Below are positions 1-13,196 of a DNA stretch of 64,000 bases, piece by piece; the stretch's first letter is position 1, and every line of letters starts with the position of its first letter. The notes below the pieces were generated by a model. The model worked only from the letters and a program-made list of their open reading frames with translations, did no database searches and was not told the DNA's origin. Source of the stretch: Octopus vulgaris (lineage: Eukaryota); contig OX597824.1 in the NCBI GenBank assembly GCA_951406725.2, forward strand, positions 3,410,001-3,474,000. The letters run 5' to 3'. The translations under genes and the position numbers were made by a program.

Positions 1-935
1 ATCAGGAATCTACGCTGAGATGCTTAAAATATCTGGTGGTGTAGGCTCTGGCCTAGTCATCTGTATTGTAAACCAGGTAGTTCATAATGGAGTCATACCC
101 AACGACTGGCATAGCAGCACCATAGTCAACTGCCACAAAGGTAAAGGTGATGCTTTAGATAGAAATAACTACAGGGGTATCAAACTACTGGATCAGGTGA
201 TGGAGGTCAAAGAGAGGGTCATAGCCCATCTCATTAGGGAGAGAGTCTGCTTAGATGAGATGCAGTTCGGTTTAGTGTCAGGTAGAAGCACCACTGATGC
301 TATATTTCTGGTACGGTAACAGCAGGAGAAATACCTAGCCAAAGATAAACCCTTATATTTGGCTTTTGTGGACTTGGTGAAAGCCTCTGACAGGGTTCCC
401 CGATCCCTTATTTGGTGGGCGATGTAGAAATTGGGGTTTGATGAATGGTTAATACGGACTGTACAGGCCCTATACAGAGATGCTGTCAGTAGGGTTAGGA
501 TTGGAAATGAGTATAGTGAAGAATTCCGGGTAGAAGTAGGGGTCCACCAAGGATCAGCCTTCAGCCCCCTCTTATTCATCATAGTTCTCTAGGCAATAAC
601 AGAGGAATTCAAGACAGGTTGCCTCTGGGAACTCCTCTATGCTGATGACCTGGTCCTCATAGCAGAATCACTGCCAGAACTAGAGAAGAAACTTCAAATT
701 TGGAAGCAAGGTTTAGAATTGAAGGGCCTTAGAGTCAATGTTACAAAGACCAAAGTTCTAGTAAGTAGGACGGCAAACACATCATATCTCCCTTTAGGTA
801 GGTGGCCCTGCTCAATCTGTAGAAAAGTGTAGGTAGAAATTCCATAAGATGTACCCAGTGTAAGGTATGGGCACATAAGAGGTGCAGCAACATCAAAGGA
901 AGATTAGCCGGGAAGATAGCTTTCATGTGCAGCAT
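1..935 (+). mobile_element. RTE-clade LINE reverse transcriptase fragment, inactivated, truncated by the window edge
   Basis: Translates as KGKGDALDRNNYRGIKLL...QFG...GRSTTDAIF...AFVDL.KA.DRVPR...GVHQGS...LLYADD (YADD at 638-649). In-frame stops at 317, 425 and 589. Confidence 0.95.
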
Positions 936-1120
936 GTTGTAATAGTTTTGTGGTATGTCCTTTTAATGTTTTATCAACTCAAATCTTTATTACACCAATG
1001 TATTATAACTTTTAAATCTAAAATTCACTGTGCTTTATGTATCATATCGATATTTATATGTATTTTTAAATTTATATATTTGGAATTTTTATATGAACTT
1101 TATAAATGTAGAAGAATATA

Positions 1121-1170
<50 letters not shown>

Positions 1171-1383
1171 ATTTTGAGTGTGGTTATTAATTATGTTCTT
1201 CTAATTTTCCACTTGTATTGCCTCCATTCAGATTATTAAACGGAATATAGCTCACTTGGAGCACTGCAACTCCAGTCTGTATTTTATTTGCGATTATTGT
1301 TAATATTAGCAATCTCAAAATAAAGCTGTGTATTTCATATATATATGTATATATATATACACACAAACACATATATATATACA

Positions 1384-1433
<50 letters not shown>

Positions 1434-1659
1434 CACATATACATACATACAAATGTTTATACACACACACACACACACATGTCAGTATGCTGAAGGCAAT
1501 TGAAGAATTGATTAATTGCAACACAGTTATTAATAAGAGATGAGATTAGTTGTTGGAGCAAACAATATTTATTTCTTATTGCTCGCAAACAGCACTTATA
1601 AATACAGCATAATGGAGTTTATTACTGTAATAAAATATGACAAAACAGACAACGTATTT

Positions 1660-2572
1660 ATATTTTTATGGCTTCGTCAGAAGGAAGAACAGCAATGTCA
1701 GTGACTTTTTCCATGGCCTCAGAGACTAGTTGTAAGCAGGGTCAAAAATTATTCTTAGCCAATCAATCCACGCTGAATGCTTGCAATGCAATGAATTCTG
1801 CAGAAAGCATTCATAAGCCTGTCTGTAGAGTTAAACCAAGTAGAATATAATACCCAAGATCAGAGTCTTTAGTACAATCCTTTCTACACAGTTTCACTCT
1901 GGAGTTAACCTGATGCTATACCACACAATAAGACTGAATCCAAAACCATATATTTGTAAAATGAACCGCATGGCCATGCCTGGATAATTAATATAATTGG
2001 CAGTGTATCTCAATTTGTCTCTTTGTTTGTCCATCTACCTACAAAAGGTAATAATTCTGAGTTTATTGGATTTGTCTCCCTTAATTACTATAGACTAATG
2101 TCTGGAGAATACTTATACCACTGTTGATGGTATCAGGTAATGTTAGATTAATTGATAGCTAAACAGTATTATTGCTATTAATAACATATTCATTACAAAA
2201 ATACAAATGACAAATTTTCTTTTAAGTTTAATTTTTTAAAACTTTATTTTGATTTAATAAATATTTTTATTTTGAAAATTAACCATCATTCCATTATTTT
2301 TGATGAGCAATGTGAAATTTAAAACAATTAAAATCATAATTATTGCACTTACATAACATTTGTGCATATTAGTCAGAGTAGCAAAGGTATTTTTAAGGCT
2401 CTGTCACAGGAACGATAGCAATGTCAGTAACATTTTCCATGGCTTTAAAGACTGTTTGTAGGTTGAAAAGAAATTGTTCTTGTCCTTCCAATAAGAATCT
2501 ACCACAGGATGAGTAATGCTCAAGTGCTATAAAAACAATATGGGAACATTTACCACTTTTTGGCTGAGCCAC
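1660..2572 (-). pseudogene. Two diverged copies of a protein-like segment (about 1660-1790 and 2393-2572), unknown family
   Basis: 2572-2393 is a 60-codon open frame ending GQEQFLFNLQTVFKAMENVTDIAIVPVTEP*. The other copy reads G*E*FL..LQLVSEAMEKVTDIAVLPSDEA, with TAA where the open copy has CAA. Confidence 0.45.
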
Positions 2573-3019
2573 CTTTGAAATGTAAATTTTTTAATTCATC
2601 AATTCCTTTAGGCAATAGACATGAAATTTCGTCACTTTTTATTGCTTATTATTTATTTGATTAGTTAATTTTTTATTACTTATTATTTATTTAGTTATCA
2701 ACTTATTTTTTCACTTATTTTTGTCTTTACGTTATCACCAGGGAATATTTCTGTACTCATTTTATTTAACCAACACCTCAATGTTTCAAATTCTTGTGAT
2801 GCAATGGATGTAGCTGGCATCTAGAAAACCAAATCCACTTATGATGTCATACACTCCCCTCAGATAAATAATTATATGTTAATTACAAACAGATAATTAC
2901 TTTATGGACAAGTTTATGATGCAACTCTATCAACCTGCTATCATTTAGTAGCACAGCCAATGGCCATCATTGTATATAATATCTATAAAGGCAAATTTAA
3001 ATTGATTTCTCATTTTATT

Positions 3020-3340
3020 AAGAGAGCACTTTTCGAGTGTGATCATTACCAGCGTTGCCTACTGGCACTTGTGCCGGTGTGCAGGTGACACATAAAGAAA
3101 ACACGATTTTCCGTGACCATTGCCAGTACTGTCTGACTGGCCCTCGTGCCAGTGTAAAAGCACCCACTACACTCACGGAGTGGTTGGCGTTAGGAAGGGC
3201 ATCCAGCTGTAGAAACTCTGCCAGATCAAGATTGGAGCCTGGTGCAGCCTTCTGGTTCGCCAGTCCTCAGTCAAAGTGTCCAACCCATGCTAGCATGGAA
3301 AGCGGATGTTAAACGATGATGATGATGATGATGATGATGA
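3020..3340 (+). mobile_element. RTE LINE 3'-end repeat with (GAT)n tail
   Basis: Contains ggaagggcatccagctgtagaaac...ccaacccatgctagcatggaaagcggatgttaaacgatgatgat. This family is joined to RTE coding sequence at 13.2-13.7 kb. Confidence 0.85.
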
Positions 3341-3414
3341 ATGTTGCTTCATATTTATTGTTCGGAAGATCATATTTTGTGGCATGAAAGTCAATCTCTA
3401 TATAAATGGCAAAA

Positions 3415-3449
<35 letters not shown>

Positions 3450-3451
<2 letters not shown>

Positions 3452-3783
3452 ATGTCCTTTATACAAATCCACAAATTTTCAGTTAGAGGGCTTGCACTTT
3501 CTATGGTCATTCAAAGCCGTCCAAGGATGGTCGTGCACATCTTTACATTTCCCCAGTCACCCCGCAAAGCCATTAAAAAAATCAATAGAAGTGACTTTTT
3601 TTGTGAATTTTCTATCCAAAACCCAAACAAAATGCCCGAAACTTGATACGCCAATTGAATGCCAGCTATCTGTATGTGATTGGTCGGAGATTTGGACAGT
3701 ACTTGCGTGTATGTGTGCACACACGCAGCTGTATATGCATGCACTAGCACTATGACCCGGCATTGCTGGGTCACAGTGCTAGT
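3450..3783 (+). mobile_element. Non-autonomous Helitron-like element ending in a hairpin and CTAG|T
   Basis: Follows a (TG)n tract and ends gacccggcattgctgggtcacagtgCTAGt, a GC-rich subterminal hairpin plus CTAG as in Helitron 3' ends. Confidence 0.5.
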
Positions 3784-4154
3784 GTGGTATAAAATGTAAA
3801 CATTCAAACACTGTTACTGTCTTTTCATACCCTGCTGCATTTCACATAATATTTTTGGTCCTCCAAAGTCGTCTTGGTGTATTCACCAAGCTTCCTTTTA
3901 TGTAATGTTTGGTCTGAAAAATTCAGCTTGTATGCTGGAAGATACTGCACCTTGAAAAACTCTCAGAGACTTTATTTTCTCATAAGGAAGGTGATGATGA
4001 AAAATGATACAAAGAAGAAACAATCTTTGTAAAACAAACAGAAGAAAAAATAGCAAATTTAGAAAAAGAATTGTCAAAATATCAGAGATTGGATTGGATT
4101 GGACTGGATACCTACTTTTTATTCAGGACCACATAGAGTCCATGGCACCAAAGA

Positions 4155-4320
4155 CACTAGTGTAGCTAGAGTGTGTGCCGCCCAGAGCGGCCCTTCCGTT
4201 TGCCGCCCCTGGACCCAACAAAAAACTCATATTGCCTACTGCCAACCCAAAAGTGGTACCCCTTTAAAAGTGCTGCCCTGAGTGGACCATCCCTACTGCC
4301 CCACCCCAGCTACACTAGTG
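4155..4320. mobile_element. GC-rich MITE, possibly Harbinger/hAT-like
   Basis: Terminal inverted repeats cactagtgtagct...agctacactagtg. A homologous inverted copy lies at 42680-42821. Confidence 0.7.
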
Positions 4321-4428
4321 ACCAGAGGATGAACATTCTGGAGACTTGTTATATATATTCAGCCTCATTGTAGATGTGATTCCCTACTTGGAAAATTGGT
4401 ATTCAGCCGCCATTGCATCATGGTATAA

Positions 4429-4645
4429 GGCGGTGAGCTGGCAGAAGCGTTAGCATGCTGGGTGAATTGCTTAGCGGTATTTCGTCTGCCACTACGTTCT
4501 GAGTTCGACTTTGCCTTTCATCCTTTTGGGGTCAATAAATTAAGTACCAGTTATGCACTGGGGTCGATATAATCGACTTAATCCGTCTATCTGTCCTTGT
4601 TTGTCGTGTCTGTGTTTAGCCTCTTGTGGGCAATAAAGAAATAGG
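4429..4645 (+). mobile_element. tRNA-derived SINE, family A
   Basis: Head ggcggtgagctggcagaa, B-box-like ctgagttcga, core gcctttcatcctttt..ggtc, tail aaagaaatag. Target site duplication (TSD) ggtataaggc at 4422 and 4644. Confidence 0.9.
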
Positions 4646-4983
4646 TATAAGGCTTCCCAAAAACAAAGCAAGGCAAATCCATTTGAATTTGGTGTTTGCC
4701 GAAAATCCTTTTGAAATATAATATTTTATAACTGAATGATCCAAATGACACTTACCTTAACCCTGACATACATAACGATCTGATAACAGTTCTTATCTGG
4801 TCAGGTTTTATCAAAGGTGAAAGTTGAAATTAAGGTGTCAAAGTACTTTGCTGTAATTAATGATCTTATCTACTGATAATCGTTACAGTATTCCACGGTA
4901 AACAATGTTGCAATAGAACAACTATTACAATCCTGTGAATCGTGTGGAACAAGAGTTGAAGTTCCTCCACCACCACTAGGTGG

Positions 4984-5072
4984 GCTAAAAGACTGCACCC
5001 CTAATTCTGAAAGGTGAGCTAAAAGACTGCACCCTTAATTCTGAAAGGTGAGCTAAAAGACTGCACCCCTAA
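4984..5072. repeat. 34-bp tandem repeat, about 2.6 copies
   Basis: gctaaaagactgcacccctaattctgaaaggtga starts at 4984, 5018 and 5052. Confidence 0.9.
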
Positions 5073-6012
5073 ATAGTTTGCTGAGGTAGAGGATTTATTA
5101 CTCATGAATTCTTAGTCGTTCCCATATTCTGGAGTCTGATGCTAGACAAGGCTTTCAATTCATCTGTAAATCTACAAAAAGAATTCAAGATCTACCAAGA
5201 TCTTCTCCTTTGATTCAGATTTCTGAAAAAGATATGAAAAACAGGCAAAATGAGTTCGAAGCTTAGTTTAAAGAGGTTAAGAATGAAAATAGGAAATTTA
5301 TATGAAATACAGAACAACATAGAGAATGTAAAAGGCAAAGATTCCACAAGGAACTTGCAGAGGATGAAGGAATAAATGATATCCAAAAGAAGTTCGTAGT
5401 TGAGTTGTACTCAATTTTCTTTGGTTCTATTATAAATATTTCAGATATGTTTGGCTTTTTTTTTTTTAAATGTAGTGTTTTAGTTCCAAAGTATTTTGAT
5501 AATGCTGATAACATACATTAGAATTTTTAGTAAGCACACAGCCAGACGTCATCCACAGTCAAGCTGAAATCATACAAGAGTTGCTTTCATTCAATGACAC
5601 ACACAAAGAGATAAAGAACACTAAGGATATAATGAAGTGTCAAGCAATTAACCCTCTCAGCAACTGTAGCTCGTTTGTTTTTCTAATCTTACCACTAACG
5701 AACACAGTTACAAAACAATCCATTCACTAAACTCAAACATGTAGCTTTCATACCTTCGTCCTACAATGGGCAATGACAGATTAATTGGGTTGGCTTTTCT
5801 CCTTATTAAAAGACATTTGGCTTTAGAAATAGGTCATAAGAAAGAGATAGATAACATTTCAAGAAAGAATTTGAAATGATAGAGCTTGTTGTATTAACTG
5901 CAAACATATTAAATTAACACACATAATTAGGAGGCATGAAGCAGTGAAATTGTCTGAGATAAAAATCGCTTCAAAGACTTGTGTTAAAAAAAAAACTGTT
6001 TATATATATAAT

Positions 6013-6420
6013 AGGTGCAGGAGTGGCTATGTGGTAAGTAGCTTGCTTACAAACCACATGGTTCCGGGTTCAGTCCCACGGCGTGGCACCTAGGGCAAGT
6101 GTCTTCTACTATAGCCTCGGGTCGACCAAAGCCTTGTGAGTGGATTTGGCAGGCGGAAACTGAAAGAAGACCGTCGTATATATGTATATATATATATATA
6201 TATATGTGTGTGTTTGTGTGTCTGTGTGTGTCTCCCCCAACATCACTTGACAACCGATGCTGGTGTGTTTATGTCCCTGTAACTTAGCAGTTCGGTGAAA
6301 GAGACCGATAGAATAAGTACTGGGCTTACAAAGAATAAGTCTTGGGGTCGATTTGCTCAACTAAAGGCAGTGCTCCAGCATGGCCACAGTCAAATAACTG
6401 AAACAGGTAAAAGAGTTGAA
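6013..6420 (+). mobile_element. tRNA-derived SINE, family B, with a CORE-like motif and internal microsatellite
   Basis: A-box-like gtggctatgtggt, B-box-like ggttcagtccc, then gcacctagggcaagtgtcttct and (TA)/(TG)n. Further copies at about 7180-7560(-), 9835-10095(+), 18235-18390(-), 23560-23780(+), 25540-25660(+), 28960-29090(+), 30220-30350(-) and 60230-60380(-). Confidence 0.88.
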
Positions 6421-6753
6421 AAGAGTTTTGGTGCAGGACAAACCTCACCACTGTAATGACTCACAAGAACACCACAAGGCATGTCTTGCTTTCGGTGAAG
6501 CCTGCCAATGCTGTGTCACTTGCTTGAATAAAATTCATGCTTTGACATATAAGAAACGGTGAATAAAACATTTACTGATACAGCAGAAGCTTTCGAGGCT
6601 TTAGAAAACCTTAGAATACACAATTGAAACAGCATTGGATTAAAATTAGATTTTGTTTTAAGCAGATGACAATCGAAAGCAGAGCATTGAATTGACAAAC
6701 CTCAACAAAGGTGGGTCACAGTGGCAATGAGGTTCATCTCGTTCCAATATGTG

Positions 6754-6984
6754 AGTGGTGAGCTGGCAGGAACGTTAGCGCGCCGGGCGAAATGCTTAGC
6801 GGTATTTCGTCTGTCGTTACATTCTGAGTTCAAATTCCACCAAGGTCGACTTTGCCCTTCATCCTTTAGGGGTCGATAAATAAAGTACCAGTTACATACT
6901 GGGGTCAATGTAATCGACTTAATCCCTTTGTCTGTCTTTGTTTGTCCCCTCTATGTTTAGCCCCTTGGGGATAATAAAGAAATA
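6754..6984 (+). mobile_element. SINE family A, full length
   Basis: Same head, core and tail as the 4429 copy. Flanking direct repeat aatatgt. Confidence 0.9.
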
Positions 6985-7354
6985 AATATGTATTATGCTT
7001 TTAAAAAAGTCTGTGAAGAATCTCTGACAATTCAGCAGTATCATGCCTGCTAATGGTGTGTATACATTTTGTATGATACACAGATGACAATTTTAATGTG
7101 ATACTATTTCAATTGTGTAAACCAAGATTTTTTTTTTTTTTGTTAAAAGTATTTTGCTTCAAATCTTCCATCTTATATCTTTTTGTCTTTTACTTGCTTC
7201 AGTCATTGGACTGCAGCCATGCTGGAGCACCACTTCGACAAGTTTAGTCAAATAAATTGACCTCCAGTACTTATTCTATTGGTCACTTTTACCAAACCAC
7301 TAAGTTACAGGGATGTAAACAAACCAACACTAGCTGTCAAGTGATGGTGAGAAT

Positions 7355-7406
<52 letters not shown>

Positions 7407-7583
7407 CAAACTTCATAAAGTTTCTATCTATCAAATCCATTCAAAGGCTTTGGTTGTTCCAGGGCAATGGTAGAAGATGCTTGCTCAAAGTATTGTGCAG
7501 TGGGATTGAACCTGAAGCCATGTGTTTGGGAAGCAAATTTCTCAAGTATACAGCCATGCCTGTGTGAGTGTATGTGCTGTATG

Positions 7584-7650
<67 letters not shown>

Positions 7651-8487
7651 ATGTGTGTGTGTGTATGAATGTATGTATGAGTATCTGTTTTTATTTTTTT
7701 TGTTTTGACCTTTAATCAGGAGGGAAAGTAGTGTCCATCACTGTTTACAAGGTCTCCAAGATGGTGGAATGGTTGGAGGAAGATATCCTTAAACTGGAAA
7801 TCTGGTTCGGAATGCTTGCTACGGAACAGATTCTGATGAAAGCACCCAAGATATACCAGGTGGTGTTATACAGGACAATGGATTAAATCAACCACCCAAG
7901 GAGCAGAATAGATACCACAAGGCATTGTACCCTATAGATTCTTACAGTTCCACTAATCCACTACCCTGAATTGGTTTTGTTTTAATACTGACCCCCAACA
8001 AAAGAAAGAAAGGTATAGCTAACTTCGGCAGAATTTGAACTCAAAACTAAGAGAGTCAGAAGAGATGACACAGGAGATTTTGTCATCAAATTCTTAAAGC
8101 TCCATCAATCTATTTTCCTGGATTCATTCTGTTTTTATAGACTCTGAAAAAAAGAAAAGTTGACTTTGGATTCAGCAACTCAGAACAAATACCACAAAGC
8201 ATTCTGTCTGACTTGGCCAATTCACTGACCTGGCCTAAATGTATCTAAGTGTATCATCTAAATGTATGCACCAAGTTGTGTGTTACCGTTTCATATTTAA
8301 TAGTGATTGAAATAAGGAAAAGAGTAGCCCCTGAGGCCTTTTGGGTTCTGTAACTTTTTCAGTTTCTTTCTGACGCATGTATCTGACTCATACACTGTTC
8401 ACTTCCCAGACATTCGTACATTATTGCACATGCTTTATACGCACTTTTGACAAGTTGTGCTGCACCTGAGCACTGTATACAATAATT

Positions 8488-8489
<2 letters not shown>

Positions 8490-8552
<63 letters not shown>

Positions 8553-8568
8553 GTTGTTGTTGTTGTTG

Positions 8569-8602
<34 letters not shown>

Positions 8603-8633
8603 CATTATTACTTATTATTATTATTACTATTAC

Positions 8634-8666
<33 letters not shown>

Positions 8667-8682
8667 CATTATTATTATTATA
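8490..8682. repeat. (ATT)n/(GTT)n microsatellite
   Basis: Directly visible. It explains the poly-N, poly-I and poly-Y ORFs. Confidence 0.97.
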
Positions 8683-9299
8683 AATGGCGGTGCCCCAGCA
8701 TTATGAGCTGAAACTAGAATCAATCAATCAATCAATTATTATTATATAAAACGGACGATAAACGATGATGATGATGATTTGTAATTAAATCTGCTGGAAC
8801 TTGTCAAGAATGTACATCGTTGTTTTGGATTACACTGTCCTCTCTATATGGTAATTTTAGAAAAAAACCTGTTTTTCTTTTGGTCAATAGTAAGTTGGTT
8901 TTCCTAGTGTTAAAGCTACTTACAGAAAAACCAAGAATATTTCATACCCTGAGGCATTAGTAAAATTTACTGTTTAGAAAAATAATCTATTTAAATTGAT
9001 TATATAAATTAGTGTAGCACTTTAAAAAACAAGCATTATTTCCCAGAAAACAAAAATGAATGAAAGAGTAAAATTTTTCTTCAGATTCCATACTTGTCTT
9101 TTTTTTTTGTTTTCCTTTATTATTTTGTGCACTTGTATGAGACTCAACTTTATAGAATTTTTCTGAATTTTTCTATAAAGCAATTTGGAGCAAATAAACT
9201 GTTTCGGAACAGCTAAAGATTGTTAGCATCTTTTTAAGACAATCTGTCCAAAATGTGATGAGTTTATGTGATCGTAGATATTTATACTGCTTCTAATAT

Positions 9300-9832
9300 G
9301 TTAAGTTAAGTTAAGTTAAGTTAAGTTCATTTTTTGGCCCAAAAAGCAAAAAGCAAGGCCATGTAGGGGGACATGGAGTTATGTACAGGGACGATGTTCA
9401 TGCAAAAAGTTCAGGCCATTTCTGGTCAAGAGAGACTTTGAACCGAGCGGTCGTCGGCATCTTCACTATCTCGTCCGGCAGCTTATTCCATGGATCTGCA
9501 ACCCGGACGGAGAAAGCCCCTCTCCTTCGATTGAGATGAAATCGTTACAGATAGAGCTTTTCGGAGTGACCCCGCAGCCTACGCTCTGGAGCAGGAGTGA
9601 AGAACAGCTCTTTCGAGAGGTTACACTTTCCGCTTATGATGTTGTGAGCGAGAATGAGCTCACTACGGCGGCGGCGTTTTTCTAGAGAATAAAGGTCGAG
9701 CGTCTTCAGCCTTTCTTCATAAGACAAATGCTTGAGACCAAGAACCATGCGGGTAGCCAGCTTCTGGACTCTTTTGAGATGATGTATGTCTTTGAGGAGA
9801 TAAGTAGAAGAGGCTTGAATCCCGTACTCCAA
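9300..9832 (-). mobile_element. CR1-clade LINE 3' end, 5'-truncated, with (AACTT)n tail
   Basis: Reads LEYG...KRVQKLATRMV.GLKHLSYEERLKTLDLYSLEKRR...RLRGHS.KL..., then FSVRVADPWNKLP. Pentanucleotide tail at 9300-9327 and flanking aatatgt direct repeat. Confidence 0.92.
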
Positions 9833-10394
9833 TATGTATGTATGTATGTGTGTGTTTGTGTGTGTGTGTGTGTGTATTTGTGTGTGTGTATATGTGTGTG
9901 TGTTTGTGTTTATCCCCCACCATCACTTGGCAGCCGACGTTGGTGTGTTTATATCCCTGTAGCTTAGCAGTTTGGCAAAAGATACCAACAGAATAAGAAC
10001 TAGGCTTACAAAGAATAAGTTCCCAGGTCAATTTTATTCGACAAAAGGTGGTGCTCCAGCATGGCTGCAGTCAAATGACCGACACAAGGAAAAGAATCTT
10101 CTTATTGCTACACAACACAAATACAAACGTTGAATTTCAAACCCATAATCACCACACGTAGCTACGGTCAAGAAGTGTGGACCTTTGGAGCATCATCATC
10201 GAAATGGAGATTGCCACATCAAGAACTATAGAACCTTAAAACCATAAAACATTATATAATACACTTTTCTAAACAGTGTGTGTATGTGTGTATGTGTGTA
10301 TGTGTGTGTGTGCTCCAGTATGGGCACAGTCAAAAGATCGAAACAAGTAGAAGGATAAAAGAATAAAAGAATACACTTAGATAAATCATAAATA

Positions 10395-10975
10395 TTAGGA
10401 AGGGAATCCAGCTGTAGAAACTCTGCCAGATCAAGACTGAAGCCTGGTGCAGCCATCTGGTTCACCAGCCCTCAGTCATTTGTCCAACCCATGCTAGCAT
10501 TGAAAGCAGACGTTAAATGATGATGATGATGATGATGAAATTAAATATATATATTTATATATATATATGCGTGTGTATCCATATCATCATCATCATCATC
10601 ATCGTTTAACGTCCGTTTTCCATGCTAGCATGGGTTGGACAGTTCGACCGGGGATCTGGGAAGCCAGAAGGCTGCACCAGGCTCCGGTCTTATCTGGCAG
10701 TGTTTCTACAGCTGGATGCCCTTCCTAACGCCAACCACTCCGTGAGTGTAGTGGGTGCTTTTTACGTGCCACCTGCACTGGTGCCAGGCGAGGCTGGCAT
10801 CGGCCACGGTTGGATTGGTGCATTTTACGTGCCACCTGCACGGAAGCCAGTCGAGGCGGCACTGGCTTCGGCCACGATTCGGATGGTGCTTTTTACGTGC
10901 CACCGACACGGAAGCCAGTCGAGGCGGCGCTGGCATCGGCCACGATTTGGATAGTGCTTTTTACGTATCTCCAGT
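10395..10975. mobile_element. Two RTE 3'-end repeats in tail-to-tail inverted orientation (10395-10537 +, 10584-10975 -)
   Basis: (GAT)n and (CAT)n tails face each other across a short spacer. The minus copy has internal tandem units of about 59 bp (ggtgcttttacgtgccacc...). Confidence 0.88.
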
Positions 10976-11634
10976 CCAGGGGTCAAATAAATAAAGACAT
11001 GTATATATGTCTGTGTGCGTCTGTGTGTCCGTCCATATATATGGATGGGGACACAGACACACACATACACTATACATGTGTATGCTATAAATAAATGATC
11101 TTTCATGGCTGGAAGACATTTAACAATGTGTTGTTATCAGTTTTATCTCCTTAAGACACTTGTTTAGAAGTGTGTGTGTGTGTGTGCATGTGGGTGTGTG
11201 CATGTGGGTGTGTGTGTGTATGCGTGTGTATGCATGTTCGTGTGTGTGTTCGTGTGTGCATTACATAAAAGCAAGGACATGCTTATCAGCTCCTTATCAA
11301 GAAAGCCATTAATTAGCCCCATTAATTAGCTCCATTAATTAGCTCCATTAACACTAAGAATTGAAACAGAAAGTCAAGACACCAACACACTACCTCCAAG
11401 AATTCTTAGTTTAGCCTCCGATTAAGAAAACCTATTCTTCGTAGGTGTTCCAGCCATGACCGTCCTTTCAGTTTCTAAGTTTTGTTTTGTTTTCGGTTCT
11501 TTAGCATAAGTACATCTAAGACTATATTATTGAATACGTTTTTGTTTTTGTTTTTTTGAAGATGTTTGGTTGCTTGACTTGAGAAAGATTTAACTGCTAT
11601 TTCTTGCAATTACCATTGTCACCATCAGTAAAAC

Positions 11635-11960
11635 ACCACCACCACCGTCATAAACACTACCATTGCTACAACCATCATCCTAACCCCACCAACCTCCACC
11701 ACCAGAACCTCCATCACCACCACCACCGCCACTTTCATTACAACCACCACCACCACCACCACCACCGCCACCACCCCCACCACCACCACCACCACCACCA
11801 CCACCACCGGCACCACCACCACCACCATCACCACCATTACAACCACCACCACCACCACCACCACCACCACCACCACCACCACCACCACCACCACCACCAC
11901 CACCACCACCACCACCACCACCACCACCCCCACACCCACCACCACCACCACCACCACCAT
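11635..11960. repeat. (CAC)n microsatellite
   Basis: Directly visible. It gives the poly-His, poly-Val, poly-Gly and poly-Trp ORFs. Confidence 0.97.
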
Positions 11961-12483
11961 TCATTAAAATAGTAAACATAAAAAATGTATATATTTTGTA
12001 AACAAGAAGAAGTTTCTATTTCTGAAGAATAACATTTGAAACTGGGAAATACATAAATGTATGTAGACATTAATTAGCAACTCAGTAGTTCCTGCTTCAT
12101 GAAGGAAGAAGAAGAACAACAAGAAGAAGAAGAACGGAAACTGCATTCTTTATTGCTTAGCAACAAAAGGGGAAAAGTTGTTTTTTCTTCTTCTTTTTAA
12201 CTTGTTTTTTTTTTATTTGGTTTTTGGTTTTACATTACAGACTGATAATCTTTCGGCTTTGGTTCACTGTTCTGATGAATTTACATCATGCTTTTTTTTA
12301 TTTATGTTGTTGTTGTTGTTAGATTGTTTTATTTTGTTTTGCCTTTTCTTTTGCTTTCCTTTTTTTTTTTAAATATAAGTAAAAAAAAAATCATTGTTAA
12401 ACAAGAACACAGTTGCTGCTGTATTTTGATGTCTACACAGGTTATGAGTTTGTTATCATAAGTTAAATATGCATGTGCATATT

Positions 12484-12514
<31 letters not shown>

Positions 12515-13196
12515 ATAAGTAGATAGATAGGCACATGCTTACACACACACACACACACACACACATTTAGGCATATAGCAAATTATACCTCCACACATCC
12601 AATCTCTACTTGTTGACCCTTCTCAACACATATCCCACACCCCCAAACCTCTTTATTTCTACTGAATGTCCCTTTCCCTTGAACACACACTCATATGTAC
12701 ATCGACACTCCCCACCCCCCACCCCCACCACTACCACCACCATTTTTCTGTCATTCATTATAACCATCCCTACGTGCCTCTGACTTCCATCTCTGTCACT
12801 GTACATTTTCTCTCTCCCCCCACACTCCACATCTTCTCCCTGTCTCTAAATCTCTTTATGGGGTGGGGGTGGGGGTTGTAACACTGTTGCTCTCTACCCC
12901 CCCCCATTGTTACCTATCACCTCATCCCCACTGACCCTCTCTTATTTTCCCTCCCTTCCACTAAACAGAGATTCCCTAATGACCACGCCTTCAACCATGT
13001 TCACCACTTCTATCCTCCTCTCCATCATTTTCACCCACCTTTCATATTCTCATGAACCTATCCCCAAACAACCATCCTCAATTCTCTTCTCTCTCTCTAT
13101 CCATCTTACTGTAACTTAAGAATACACTCTGACACTTCTTCTCCACCACAATTACTCCAATTCCTGCTGGAGTAGCCAGTTATTTGCTCTTCATAT

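Noticed and set aside
4429-4520. Functional tRNA genes at SINE heads
   Set aside because: A/B-box-like motifs are present, but there is no complete cloverleaf and each continues into a SINE body.
3750-5500. PWWP-like or other decayed coding sequence
   Set aside because: The apparent *PG motif lies inside the foldback terminus. The rest needs several frameshifts and matches no family I can name.
11604-11979. His-rich or Gly-rich structural protein
   Set aside because: Nearly pure (CAC)n, open in several frames, with no signal peptide or exon evidence.
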